The translations under genes were made by a program, and so were the position numbers. Below, piece after piece: positions 12,710 to 26,029 of a stretch of 64,000 nt of DNA. Where the stretch lies: assembly GCA_951406725.2 (NCBI GenBank), contig OX597818.1, positions 102,796,001-102,860,000 on the forward strand, written 5' to 3'. Source of the stretch: Octopus vulgaris. Lineage: Eukaryota. Every line of letters starts with the position of its first letter. Within the stretch, counting starts at the first letter, position 1. The notes under the pieces were generated by a model. It worked only from the letters and a program-made list of their open reading frames with translations. It did not search any database and had not been told where the DNA came from.

Positions 12710-13377
12710 TAGGTAGATATATATATAGAGAGAGAAAGATAGATAGATAGACAGAGAAATAGAGAAACAGAGAGAGATATACAAATATATATATATAAAC
12801 ATACCTACATAATATATATATTCTATATGTATATATTATAATATATACGTATATATATTTAACAGGCGTATATGTGTATTGTGTATGCATATATATATAT
12901 ATATATATACATATACACACACACACATACATACATATAAAGAAAGAGAAAGAGAAAATAGAGTGAACGAGACGTATATATAATACACCTTAACGAGTAG
13001 CCAAAACAGACTGAACGTTCAATGGAAGAAGACTATGGTAATGGGGCGTCAATGAATAATATTAGTTAATATAATTTACTGTAATAATAGAATGTTGCGG
13101 TTAGGGCAATCTGTCTTTATTTTTAGCAATATCAATACATTTACTCTCATTTCATTAGCTTTTCTCACCTTTTTACTACATTTTCACATTGCCGCTATTT
13201 TATTGTTTCTCATAGCTTTCGTATATTTTGGTTTCCTGGCTTTCTCTTTCCTTTCGTTATTTTCTTCTTTTTTTTTATTTTTTATTTTGATTCTTTATGT
13301 GCGGTTCATTATTTGGCATGGTACGCTGCAAAGCCCCTATCCATATATCGATTCACGCATTACTCCTTCGTGTATAT

Positions 13378-13423
<46 letters not shown>

Positions 13424-13475
13424 TGTGTGCGTATGCGTATGTATATATGTATATATATATATGTATATATATATG

Positions 13476-13510
<35 letters not shown>

Positions 13511-13673
13511 ATACATATGTATATATATATGTATATATATACGTATATATATATGTGCGTGTATACATATGTATATACATATATATATATGTATATACAT
13601 ACGTATACATATATATATAAGTATATACATATGTATACACGTATATATATACATATATATGCATATACATATA

Positions 13674-13705
<32 letters not shown>

Positions 13706-13742
13706 CATATATATACATGTTATATATATGTATATATATACA

Positions 13743-13809
<67 letters not shown>

Positions 13810-14168
13810 GTACATATATATGCTTATATATATATATTTATATATATATGTATGTATGTATATATATATATATGCACACATAAATATGCATGTATAAAAT
13901 CTAATTTCTCCTCATCTCTCTCACTCTCTCTTTCTCTCTCTCTCTCTCCCTTTCTCTGTCTCCATCTCTCTGCATATATTTCTGTGTACAATTGAGTGTG
14001 CGTGTGTCAATTTGCAAATTACTCATCCGTAAACATGCATAATTGCATGACATGGTGAATCTGCATAACTACGTGCACGCGTACCCGAATGTGTGCGTGT
14101 GTGTGTGTGTGTACTGCTACTACAACACAATTACTACTGATGCTACTACAAGTTTTAGCTCTTCCACC

Positions 14169-14235
<67 letters not shown>

Positions 14236-14256
14236 TAAATGATAATAACAATTATA

Positions 14257-14664
14257 GGCGCAGGAGTGGCTGTGTGGTAAGTAGCTTGCTAACCAACCAC
14301 ATGGTTCCGGCTTCAGTCCCACTGCGTGGCACCTTCGGCAAGTGTCTTCTGCTTTAGCCCCGGGCCGACCAATGCCTTGTGAGTGGATTTGGTAGACAGA
14401 AACTGAAAGAAGCCTGTCGTATATATGTATATATATATATGTGTGTATGTGTTTGTGTGTCTGTGTTTGTCCCACTAGCATTGCTTGACAACCGATGCTG
14501 GTGTGTTTACGTCCCCGTCACTTAGCGGTTCGGCAAAAGAGACCGATAGAATAAGTACTGGGCTTACAAAGAATAAGTCCCGGGGTTGACTTGCTCGACT
14601 AAAAGGCGGTGCTCCAGCATGGCCGCAGTCAAATGACTGAAACAAGTAAAAGAGTAAAAGAGTA
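14257..14664 (+). mobile_element. SINE family A, full length (reference copy)
   Basis: ggcgcaggagtggctgtgtggtaag head, CORE-like ggcaagtgtctt, internal TA/TG tract, LINE-like 3' tail, gtaaaaga repeats. Confidence 0.93.
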
Positions 14665-14701
14665 TAACGATGATGATAATATAATAATAATAATAATAAT
14701 G

Positions 14702-14753
<52 letters not shown>

Positions 14754-15177
14754 TGACAATAATAATAATAACAACAACAACAATAATAATTATTATTATT
14801 TCTTTTACTCTATTATGTCTAGTACCCCTATTTGTGCTTCCGCTGCTACTGAAACTCCTCCCACTCCTGTCCTTCTTACGGTGTTTGTTTCAGCCTTTGT
14901 CCTTATGTACACAGCTTTGAGGTCATGAGCTGGAAGATTCTCTTACCACTTTTTTTTTTGTTCAAGTTGTTAAATACTGATTCTAGCAGACCATGCAATG
15001 TCATAAGCGCCTCATCAATACTCATTGAGAGAAGAAAAGAGGAGAGAGTACACAAACGACAACCAGAATTTCGAAACAAACAACATTATCTGACCTACAA
15101 TGAGAATGTGTGGCAACTAACAAGAACCTATATCATTGACCTCTATACGTGAGTAATAGATATATATATATATATAT

Positions 15178-15470
15178 ACCAGAGTAAGCACATAAATGCC
15201 AAAGAAGGTGGGAAAAAGTAGTACTCGAATACCAGAGGTAGAGTAATATGCTTTATTAAAAAGCAGCAAAAAATCACAAAAATTGTTACTCATTGTTTCA
15301 CGTTCCCGTTCGCCGGATGGTTTTGTTTAGAATGGAACAAAAATAAGGTTATAAGCAAACATATACAATTAGTTTAATAGATACACATTTGAAAATGGTT
15401 TTGTTTCATTGGTCCTTTCAACAAACGGTCTTTACTGTTCGACGAACGGGAACGTGAAACTGAGTAAAAA
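15178..15470. mobile_element. Penelope-like remnant with inverted degenerate hammerhead motifs
   Basis: 15435-15468 ctgt-TCGACGA-acg(ggaa)cgt-GAAA-ctgag-TA, with an inverted copy at 15283-15320. Confidence 0.55.
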
Positions 15471-16126
15471 GCAGAGACACACGCTCTGGAGAATCCAGCA
15501 CAGTGGACCAAAGAAGATATGAGCGAAACAGATTGAAGGAGACTTGATGCCCGGAAGACTCAGCGCCTTGACTTCGAGCATGGTAACGCCAGCGCCGTGG
15601 ATAAGAAAACGTGGAATAACATCATCACCAGAGTCCGTCTTCCAGCGGCACCCACATAAACATATTGGTTAAGAGAACAGCCTTCCCCCTCCTTCGTCGC
15701 CAGCTAGTGATTGAAGAAGAAGAAGAAGAAGAAGAAAAAGAAGAAGAAGAAGAAGAAGAAGAAGAAGAAGAGGAGGAGGAGGAGGAAGAAATAAAGAAGG
15801 AGGAAAAAGAAGAAGAAGAAGAAGAAGACTAAGTGGAAGAAGAAGAAGAAGAAGAAGAAGAAGAAGAAGAAGAAGAAGACTAAGTGGAAGAAGAAGAAGA
15901 AGAAGAAGAAGAAGAAGGAGAAGAAGACTAATTGGAAGAAGAAGAAGAAGAAGAAGAAGAAGAAGGAGAAGAAGAGGAGGAGGAAGAAGAAGGAGGAGGA
16001 GGAGGAGGAGGAGAAGAAGGAGGAGGAGATGAAGAAGAAGAAGAAGAAGAAGAGGAAGAAAAAGAAAAAGAAGAAGAAGAAGAAGAAGAAGAAGAAGAAG
16101 AAGAAGAAGAAGAAGAAGAAGAAGAA
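15471..16126 (+). mobile_element. RTE-like LINE 3' fragment with expanded (GAA)n tail
   Basis: Translation GPKKI*AKQIEGDL...AVDKKTWNNII resembles an RTE C-terminus; followed by a GAA/GGA tract at ~15713-16126. Confidence 0.5.
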
Positions 16127-16639
16127 TTATGTAACACTTTAAACAAATGTTTTGTTTTGTCTTTTTTCGATCACAATATTCAAATTTTAAGAAATATATT
16201 CTTCAGTTTGTAAGCCATTCTTATTTTTTAATAAGAATTGCTTAATATATTTGCATTTCATACTTAATTGACTTGGTGTCATGTCTACTTACGTTTTCGT
16301 AAAATATTTTAATAAAACCTTTTTATACATTTCAAATTTATCTTAATAGATTTGATGTGAAATCTTTTAAAGACCGTTCAAATCTTTCACATTTCAATTT
16401 TTCTTTAAACCAATCAATTAACTTTATCTCCACTAAAATGTTTCATATTCATTTTCTAATAAATACCTTAACTCTCTACTTACCTTAGCCTTCAGCTTTT
16501 AACAATTATTTCTTCTTTTCTCAGTTGTGGTTGCTCTACAGTTATCTGATCGCAGATTGTGGTGAAACTGAAGCAATTAGCAATTACTCTTGGTTTGGCT
16601 CACCAGGTTGTGCCAATACTCAGTTTTTGATAACTGTCA

Positions 16640-17029
16640 TCTTTATATATAAAACTGTAGTTGATTTAGATTCCTTCGATTTAGATTCCTAACTACTCCC
16701 ACATTTTGCGGTACAGTTTAACCAAAAGCGGGTATCTTATAGTTGTGATTCATATCGAGCCCTTCTGGGTATTAGCGCGCGTCTACGATGAGTCTACGAT
16801 TTTAAAAATAATTTAACATCATTTTTTCCATTTTAACGCATATTTTTTTAATAAAGGGAAGTAACTCTCTAAAAATGTCTACGATGAGTCATCGATTTAA
16901 AAAAAAAATTACCATAATTTTGTTTCCATTTTTAATGCATTTTTTGCTATTTTTTTGGCTATAACTCTCTAAAAATGCTTTATAGTTATTTCCCTTACAA
17001 ACCCGAGCAACGCCGGGCGATACTGCTAG
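16640..17029 (+). mobile_element. Non-autonomous Helitron
   Basis: A|TCtttatatataaaa ... cccgagcaacgccgggcgatactgCTAG|T. Confidence 0.88.
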
Positions 17030-17334
17030 TTGAAAATAATCCAATGCAAGCCGCACAAGAATTGGCAAAGCAGTTCAGTTCTAGTAACATTTTGGTCATA
17101 AAACACGTTCATGAATTTGTATGAATATGTTAACTTGCTCAATCATTTAATTGCTTCTCGGCTTCATCGGAGTTTCCCTCGCATTAAAGAGTAAATTTGC
17201 TACCGACCTTTACTGGGTACAATCATCGCTAATTATGAAAATTGGCTTCTATACAATCATATTCAACGTAAATGACAATGGGTGACACCTACTGAGAAAG
17301 GATAATTCATCCCTAAAGCAGAACTATACCTTTA

Positions 17335-17566
17335 GGCGGCGAGCTGGCAAAAACGTAAGCACGCCGGGCGAAATGCTTAGCCGTATTTCGTCTGCTGTTA
17401 CGTTCTGAGTTCAAATTCCGCCGAGGTCGACTTTGCCTTTCATCCTTTCGGGATCGATAAATTTAATACCAGTTACGCACTGGGATCGATGTAATCGACT
17501 TAATCCATTTGTCTGTCCTTGTTTCTCCCCTCTGTGTTTAGCCCCTTGTGGGTAGTAAAGTAATAT
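17335..17566 (+). mobile_element. SINE family B, single unit with TSD (tRNA-like head, Nin/Deu-like central domain)
   Basis: ggcggcgagctggca...gagttcaaattcc...gcctttcatcctttcgggatcgataaa; TSD gaactatacct at 17321-17331 and 17567-17577. Confidence 0.9.
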
Positions 17567-17781
17567 GAACTATACCTGAAAAAAGTTCCACTCTTTGTTT
17601 GGAGGGACATGAAGGGGATCCTGTATCATGGAATAATAAACCAAAATGAAACAGTTAATGCGGTGAAGTAATATCGCCAATAGAAAGTACTGCATAAGAA
17701 TTAGCAGAAAAAATACCCATCATTAGCCACTCGTAAAGGCGTGCTTTTCTTAGACGATAACACAAGACCTCATATTGGCCA

Positions 17782-18101
17782 TTATTTACATTATTTACAT
17801 TTGACGGATATTTGTCCTCATCAACGTTTCAGCTGATACACCTTCCAGCCTTCTTAAGATGTCTTGGGGAAATTTCGAACCTGGGTTCTCATTCCTAAGG
17901 TATTTTTCGATGTTATTATTATTATTATTATTAGTGTTCAGGTCACTCCTTGGAATCGAACTCGGAATCTTGGGGGTTAGTAGCCCACGCTCTTAACCAC
18001 TACGCCATGGAATATGGTGTAGTGGTTAAGTTCCGAGTTCGATTCCAAGCAGTGACCTGAACAACAACAACAACAACAGCAACAACAACAACAATAATAA
18101 C

Positions 18102-18162
<61 letters not shown>

Positions 18163-18343
18163 TCGGAAAATACCTTAGGAATGAAAACCCAGGTTGAAAT
18201 TTCCCCAAGACACATTAAGAAGGCTGGAGAGTATATCAGCCGAAACGTTATGTTAACAACAAACAAGATGAGGACAAATATCCGTCGAATGTAAATAATG
18301 TAAATAATGTACATAATTCCCCAGGTCTTAAATATAGAACTGT
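17782..18343 (+). mobile_element. Inverted-repeat element: tRNA-like head + (AAC/AAT)n + hammerhead-like motif
   Basis: Arms ~17782-18009 and ~18014-18308; 35-nt unpaired extension; perfect 13-bp TSD ctcatattggcca at 17769-17781 and 18344-18356. Confidence 0.85.
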
Positions 18344-19590
18344 CTCATATTGGCCAGTTACTCAGGAAAAGTTTATGGTATTAAGTATGGAAATTTTGCA
18401 TCATCTTCCTTATTTTCCTTATTTGCTCCACCTATCAACCTTTTAAAATCGTTCAGACGATAACAATTAATTATGAAGAGGTTAAAAATGATATTGACTA
18501 TTTCTTTGATTCGAAACCTGTAGAAGTGTATGCCCGAGGGAGGAACAACTATTTACCAACATAGATGCTACGATATTATCAATAATGATAATGAGGCGGG
18601 ATATTATCTTGATTAAATATATCAATTAGGACCAACGAAGCACTTGTTTCCCATTTTGAAATGTCTTTCATGTCAGCTTGACATGTGTGTGTCTGTGTGT
18701 GTGTGTAATTGAATTTACATGTTTGTGCCTATACGTATATGTGTGCATATGCTCTCGTATAATAACTTAATAATGTCTGCTTCTAAATACGCATTGCATA
18801 AATTCTTACTGTAGCATTTAGCGTCGGAAACCCCTTTCAGGTTTGCACTTATATGCACTTACAAGCATCCTTTCCTACATCACTGAAGCTCTATACTTAT
18901 TCTCAAGTATACACTTAAACATAATGCATCCACTTTTCGTTTGAACATTTTTCCATTTTCTTTGATGTCTTTTTTTTCCTATTTATTAACATCTTTAACT
19001 CTTCATTTACTCCACTCAAACCCTTCTCTTCTTATTTCTTCAACCAAGTCGTTAACTGTCTTTCTAACTGCTTTTCATTCTTTCATCCAAAAGTTTTCAA
19101 ATTTTTTTTTCTTTTCTATGTATTGTCACCGCATTTTCTATTTCGTTATATTTGCCCCATATTTATCATATTTTATTTATACTTTATCATCTACTCTTCT
19201 TTTATTAATTTTTATCACAGAGCCTTGTTCAATTTAAAAAGCCTGCGTAAGTGTTGTAAAGTTAGCAAAAACAGCGTTATAGAAATAAAAAACGACAGCA
19301 TAGAATGAATATTTAATATCTTTCGCTGTAAGATGATTGTTGAAATAAATCTTGTTGACAGAGTTGTTACATGTTTTTATCACTAAGATTTATTATCCTT
19401 ATAGTTATTTTCTTGTTGTTATCACAACCACCAACACCACCACCATCGTCATTATTATTATTATAATTATTATTATTATTATTATTATCATTATTATTAT
19501 TATTAATTTCATGTTAGAAATCGTTATGAATAATTCAAATGTTTTTTATACTTATATAGCTAATAGCAATAATTGAATGAGTAATATATA

Positions 19591-19988
19591 GGCGCAGGAG
19601 TGGCTGTGTGGTAAGTAGCTTGCTTATCAACTACATGATTCCGGGTTGAGACCCACTGCATAGGCACCTTGGGCAAGTGTCTTCTACTATAGCCTCGGGC
19701 CCACCAAACCCTTGTACTTGAATTTGGTAGACAGAAACTGAAAGAAGACCGTCGTATATATATATATGTGTGTCTGTCTGTGTATGTTTGTGTGTGTTTG
19801 TTTTTGTCCTCCCCCCCCCCATCGCTTGACAACCGATGTTGGTTTGTTTACGTCCAAGTAACTTAGCGGTTCGGCAAAAGATACCGATAGAATAAATACT
19901 AGATTTAAAAAGTCCTGAGTCGATTTATTCGACTGAAGGCGGTGCTCCGACATGGCCACAATCAAATGACTGAACCAAATAAAAGAAT
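19591..19988 (+). mobile_element. SINE family A
   Basis: Collinear with the 14257 copy. Confidence 0.9.
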
Positions 19989-19993
19989 ATATG

Positions 19994-20061
<68 letters not shown>

Positions 20062-20066
<5 letters not shown>

Positions 20067-20214
20067 CGGAGCTGTATTTGCATAGCAAGTGACCTGATCT
20101 CAATTAGTGTGCTGAAACGAAAACAATTGCAGCGTGGAAGGTGCTAATATGCCATTTAAGAAACACTCAAAATCCGTTAGATTCACTTCAGCATTTAAAT
20201 TCATTTTGTCAAAA
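20062..20214 (-). mobile_element. Second copy of the 3' part of the 4245-4640 element
   Basis: Reverse complement of ~4489-4642; abuts a (TA)n tract. Confidence 0.8.
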
Positions 20215-20935
20215 AAACTTTTATTGGCCACAAGGGCGCAACATAAAAACATATAGAGACAATACAAAACAAATGACAAGTGCAGTTTAAAACAGAAAAC
20301 GTGTAAACAATTAAAAACCAAAAGCAGTTAACAAGAATCCAACAACAAAAATTCCTTAATATGTGGGAGTTCCAACCAGGGTCAACCAGGGCACCCCACA
20401 CATCCTGGATACCCCGACTCCTAAGTGCACGCCAGATATGCACCCTTCTTCTCTCAACTGCTCCGGCTTACAGACAAATATTCAGAGTAGTCCCCTTCAT
20501 TCGAGTCATTTTCGCAACATTCACTCATCTTTCAACAAAATTGCTGAGGTGGCAGCAGCACTTCCTTCACTCGTCCACCAGCCAAGCTCTTTTGCTATAG
20601 CCACCAGGCTGAGGAAATCTGCCTTTCCCTTCCGGCCAAAAGAGGGTGGTGAGGCGATTCTCCCAATGGTCTCGGCTGACAACTGGATGCGTCCTACACG
20701 TGACAACAGTTGTTCGACAAAGCTCCACAAGTCAGTAATGCACGGACACTGGACGAGTGCATGCAGAACGGTTTCATCGCCCAGCTCACACCTGGGACAG
20801 GTCCGTCTGACAGCACTTCCGTGAACGTAGAGCTTGTTTCCAAACGGCAGAGCTCGCCGGTTGCGCTGCCAAGCCGGGGATTTCTGAAAGTTATCCATAG
20901 GTTGCTGTGTTTTCAGGTGTTGGTATAGGCTCATC
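20215..20935 (-). pseudogene. L1/Tx1-like LINE 3' fragment (RT-associated zinc-binding region)
   Basis: ORF 20521-20934 contains CPRCELGDETVLHALVQCPCITDLW (CxxC...H...C); T-rich 3' UTR and AATAAA on the minus strand near 20220. Confidence 0.75.
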
Positions 20936-21922
20936 TATTTTTCCATTTTCTTTTTCCTTTGTCATATGCGTTTTTCTGCTTCCTAAGATTTTTGCTCGTC
21001 TTCACTACAGGATGAGGAGTGACTAGTGTCTGTAGAAATTGTCTCGGAGACTGTGAGTGTATCTGTGATAGTGTGAGCGTGTTTGTGTGAGTGTATGCTT
21101 AAGAGAGGTGGGGAGGTAGAGTTTGTTTGGCAGATACCTTGGATAGTTTTTTCCATTGTATAGGATTCGCGTGCCTCTGTTGTTTTTGGAGATGAGGCTA
21201 CAGCTTTATTAAAAGGTCTCTATTGTTACTGTTGCTGATGTTGGGGATGCGATGTAGGCTTCAAGGGTAGCCGTGTACTTCCCAACGTTTTAATAATGTT
21301 TTCTGCTTTTGAAATTTCACGTGTTTTGTCATCGAGTGCAATGGCAAACATTTCTCTCTTCTGTTCGCTACATCAGCAAACCTGTTATTCTTGCTGTTGT
21401 CATCATCGCTGTTGTTGTTGTTGTTGTTGTTGTTGCTGTTGTTGTTATTACTGCTGCTGTTACTGCTGGTGATGATGGTGAAGTTATAGCCACTTCAACT
21501 GTTCCTACTCTCACCACTACTGTTATCGCTATTTCTTTCCGCTCTGCTTTCAATTGCTATCACTGCTGTTGTCGATGCTGCCACTGCTGCTACTGCCAGA
21601 TGGACTTTGTACTTTTTCTCTCTACGTTTTCTGCTCTCCTTCTCCTGTATTGTTGCCAGTAAAAGAATGAAGGGACGAGAAGTCTTCAGCGATCACTAGA
21701 CCTGCGGTAGGAAAATTTTTTTAAGTCTTTCAAGATGGACTCCGCCATCTTGTTGAATTATATATGATTAAAGGTCCACCGAAATTATTGGGTGCGAATA
21801 TAGCCCAACAAGGGGCAAAACAAAGACAGAAAACCAGTAACAGATTCCTGGTGCTCCTAGTTAACGACTTAGAATAAAATGCAAACTGTAAAAAAAAGCA
21901 CGTCCGATGTACTCCGCAGCAA

Positions 21923-21997
<75 letters not shown>

Positions 21998-21998
21998 A

Positions 21999-22115
<117 letters not shown>

Positions 22116-22139
22116 GCGTGTGTGCATATATTAATACAT

Positions 22140-22280
22140 ATACTTCTCTACTCTAGGCACAAGGCACGAAATGTTTGGGGAGGGGGTCAGTCGATTAGAT
22201 CGACCCCAGTATGCAGAATTTGAACTCAGGACGTAAAGACAGATAATATTTCGCTAAGCATTTCACCCGGCGTGCTAACG
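22140..22280 (-). mobile_element. SINE family B, internally deleted
   Basis: gaatttgaactcagg...cgtgctaacgtttctggcagctcgccgcc. Confidence 0.8.
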
Positions 22281-22333
22281 TTTCTGGCAGCTCGCCGCCT
22301 TTCATACTTATACATATTATGTATATATGTATA

Positions 22334-22737
22334 GGCACAGGAGTGGCTGTATGGTAAGTGACTTGCTTACCAACCACATGGTTCCGGGTTCAGTTCCACT
22401 GCGTGGAACCTTGGGCAAGTGTCTTCTACTATAGCCGACCAAAGCCTTGTGAGTGGATTTGGTAGACGGAAACTGAAAGAAGCCCGTCGTATATATGTAT
22501 ATGAATATATATGTGTGTGTGTGTGTGTGTTTGTGTGTCTGTGTTTGTCGCCCCCCCCCCCATCGGTTGACAACCGATGCTGGAGTGTTTACATCCCCGT
22601 AATTTAGCGGTTCGGCAAAAGGGACCGATACAATAAGTACTAAGCTTACAAGGAATAAGTCCTGGGGTCGATTTGCTCGACTAAATGCGGTGCTCCAGCA
22701 TGGCCGCAGTCAAATGACTGAAACAAGTAAAAGGGTA
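22334..22737 (+). mobile_element. SINE family A
   Basis: Collinear with the 14257 copy. Confidence 0.92.
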
Positions 22738-23033
22738 TGTATATATGTGTGCGTCACTTGTTAAGGTTCTCTCTACAGATATTTTGTAGAGCTTATAACC
22801 ATCACCGATTTTGTTACGATGTTTCGTATCAGAGACGACTCATGTAAAAAATAATGAGATCGAAGATGAAAAATGGGGAATCGGCGTATGCGCCATATTT
22901 CAGAAAATTTTTGCTCTTCCATTAGCTCCCATCCAACCCATTAATTATTCACGAACTCATTGTGTTGAAGCTTTGAATCTATCTGGACATACCGATACTT
23001 GACTGCAGGGTAGGAAAGAATATTTTTGAACTA

Positions 23034-23599
23034 TTGCGATGTCCGGAAAGTTCGTACCGATTTATAGTAGTTTACCTTTCGACTTATTTTAGAACATGGT
23101 TGAATCCATAAAATAGGATTTGCCCAAACCTCCATCTACAACACAGTTTAAGCTATCTCTTCGTGGAAAAAGGTGTATGTTCCTATAACCTGTGTTAATT
23201 TTGTAACCCTTTAACATGGAAGATAAGAAAGTTCATTTTCGGCACTTGATGCTTTGGCAACCAGACAGAAATTGCTGCAGCTCGGCTGGGATGTATTACC
23301 CCACTTTCCATATTCACCAGATATTGCCCCTTCGGATTTCCACTTATTCAGGTCTCTGCAGAATAGTCTTAATGGTAAAAACTTCAATTCCTTGGAAGAC
23401 ATAAAGAGATACCTTGATGAATTCTTTGCCATGAAACCACCTCAATTCTGGGAAGAGGGTATTTTCAAGTTAAAGGAAAGATGGAGACGCATTCTGCAAC
23501 AACATGGTTCATATTTGGTTGATTAAAAATGTAATGGCAAGTATTTATTGACCTTTTTCTTGCCTTCAAATATCGACACGAACTTCCCGGACAATCCAA
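23034..23599 (+). mobile_element. Internally deleted non-autonomous mariner
   Basis: TIRs with flanking TA; MEDKKVHFRHLML is joined directly to LGWDVLPHFPYSPDIAPSDFHLFRSLQN. Confidence 0.92.
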
Positions 23600-24142
23600 T
23601 ACATTTTACTTAACATATGTTATTTTCCTAACTGATCTGTTAAGAGTAACAACACATGATCTGTATGATAATATCTAGCTCCTTGATATAGAATGTCTTC
23701 TGCTAATTCCCTTATATTTTTCTTAAGAAACAAAAGTCTCTCTTTCTCAATTCCTCCATCGCAGTTTTTTCCTTTTACGAAAAGGTTTTTCTTTTTGTCA
23801 TCAACTAACTCTCTCAGTAAACTAATTTTCTTACTCTTTGTCTATCGCTGAATAATAACTCGAGTAGAATCCATTGGATAAGCGGTGTTTTTCGGCAAGA
23901 GTAAACACATAATATATTTATTCCAATAATTAACTTGTAGCTTACATAGGTCCTTTTTCTTCTCGTAGATTAATATTTTTGTTGATCCTATCACGTGCAC
24001 ATGAGTATGTTTGCGTCGACAATTTTGTTTTCTAATAGTTATATTTCATGCGCATGTTTGTGTGTATTACTTATAAAAACACTCGCACATATATATACAT
24101 ATTGTACGTGAATTTATATATGTATGTGCTTGTATGCGTACG

Positions 24143-24219
<77 letters not shown>

Positions 24220-24353
24220 GTATGTATACTCCTTATGCAGAGTTTGACCACCTCCTGTACCTACATGGTATCTGATGGCTTTTTAAACCAGACAATGTTT
24301 TGAAGAGACACCCACATTGATTGCATATCCGATTTGGACCACACACACAAACA

Positions 24354-24411
<58 letters not shown>

Positions 24412-24422
24412 TAAGGGAGGTA

Positions 24423-24724
24423 GTGGGGGCACATGGCCTAGTAGTTAGAGCAGCGGACTTGAGGTCGAGGGATCGCGGGTTCGAATCTCAGACCGGGCGA
24501 TGTGTGAGTTTATGAGCGAAACACCTAAGTTCCAGGTGGCTCCGGCAGAAGGTAATGGCGAACTTCTGCTGACTCTTTTGCCACAACCTTCTCTCACTCT
24601 TTCCTCCTGCACCTTGCAGCTCACCCGCGACAGACCGTCGTCCCGTCCAGGTGGGGAACCTAGACGTCAAGAAACCGGGAAACTGGCCCTTATGAGCCAG
24701 ACATGGCTCGAGAAGGAACAAACA
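24423..24724 (+). mobile_element. SINE family C (tRNA-derived)
   Basis: A box tggcctagtagtt, B box ggttcgaatct; 12-bp TSD ataagggag(g/a)ta at 24411-24422 and 24725-24736; second copy at 43356. Confidence 0.9.
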
Positions 24725-26029
24725 ATAAGGGAGATATATATATATATATATATATATATTTACTTCTGTATGTATGTATATGTGTAAGTATATGCGTGTT
24801 TAAGTTTGTTTCAGAAATGTTTGGTATGTTTTTTCTTTTTGGTTTTTTCTTTGTGTGTTTTGTGTGATATAATCTGCACCAACGTAACGCGAGTCACATT
24901 ACTTTAAATAAGTCGGTAGCTTTGAATTACATAACTGCTATTAAATCTTCGTTAATGAAATGTGTGTAAGATGAGACGACTTAATATTTTATAAGTTCTC
25001 TTCATTTGTTTTGTCTAAACACTCACACATTTGTATTTGTGTGGAAAGTCAGGGATGGAGAGAACGAGTTAGAGAGAGAGAGAGAAATCAGTTCAATGGA
25101 TATGCGTTCTTTTTTAAAATTGATTTTTGCTTCAGACAAAAATATCAATACTTTTGTTTACCGTTATTTGCCGTCAGTTTTGCTTCATCTCAACTTGTGC
25201 TGTTGGATAATTGTTTCTCACAATTTTAATTCAGTTTTCAAAGTGTGACAAATATTTAGGTTTTCTTGAAAATATTCAATGCGAAGTAAGATCAATATAT
25301 TAATTGCACTCCTATACGTGTAATATTTGCTTTACTTGGTTACAAGTTCTTTTTCTGTTCTCACCCGCTCCTCTGTTTGTCAATTCATTGTGAAAACTTT
25401 AATGATGTTTTCGTTGCAAACAAAAAAACAAAAGTTCTTGGCTGTTTCAATTGCATTCGTCGTCACATCTTTATCACTACGGCTTATTTTTATTAAGTAG
25501 TTTGAGAAACATGTGCTGTCATCAAGAACAATCACATTGCTTTCTTGAAGCTGTCAAAAGCTGGAATGTATTTATATGTGACTTAGAACACACAAGTATT
25601 TTGTAGTTCTGGTGCAACAATACCTACTCAGGGGATCAGTAAAAACTGTTTGTACCAAATTACAGAATTAGAGTTTTTAAAAATCTGACTAGTCGGTATT
25701 TTTATATATTTCTATTGTTTCGTATGAGACACAATATAGCATATTCAAACAGACTGTGATAGATCAATATTGAAACAAAGAGAGAGAAAAATGAAAGATT
25801 GAAATGTTAAAGGATAGAGAAAGAGTAATCCTAGATTACACATTTTGTGCGTAATGGTAAGGGCAATGCCAGCATTGTTCGTTTGTTTCTTTATCATCAT
25901 GTATATAGGCGGAACATTTACAAATCGTATCGTCTGATTATATTTATGTGAGTACTTTAGAAGACAGGGAAGGCTGTGGAAAAATAGGCATATTTTTCTA
26001 TAAGCGTCATATGTAAGGTATACATGCTA

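Larger units (their letters stand above)
16560..18615 (+). pseudogene. Highly decayed mariner transposase carrying three nested insertions
   Basis: With inserts removed: LITVIENNPMQAAQELAKQF, PKAELYLKKVPLFVWRDMKGILYH, DDNTRPHIG and MEILHHLPYFPYL (WWD, DNARPH and PYSPDLAP motif remnants). Confidence 0.8.

Noticed and set aside
13092-13995. Long ORFs (up to 263 aa) rich in YI/VC, and similar ORFs throughout the track
   Set aside because: They are translations of TA, TG, TATG, GATA and AAT microsatellites that lack stop codons; there is no protein signal.
15928-16213. Poly-Glu / poly-Ser ORFs
   Set aside because: A (GAA)n tract following a LINE-like 3' end; interspersed gactaagtg units contain stops.
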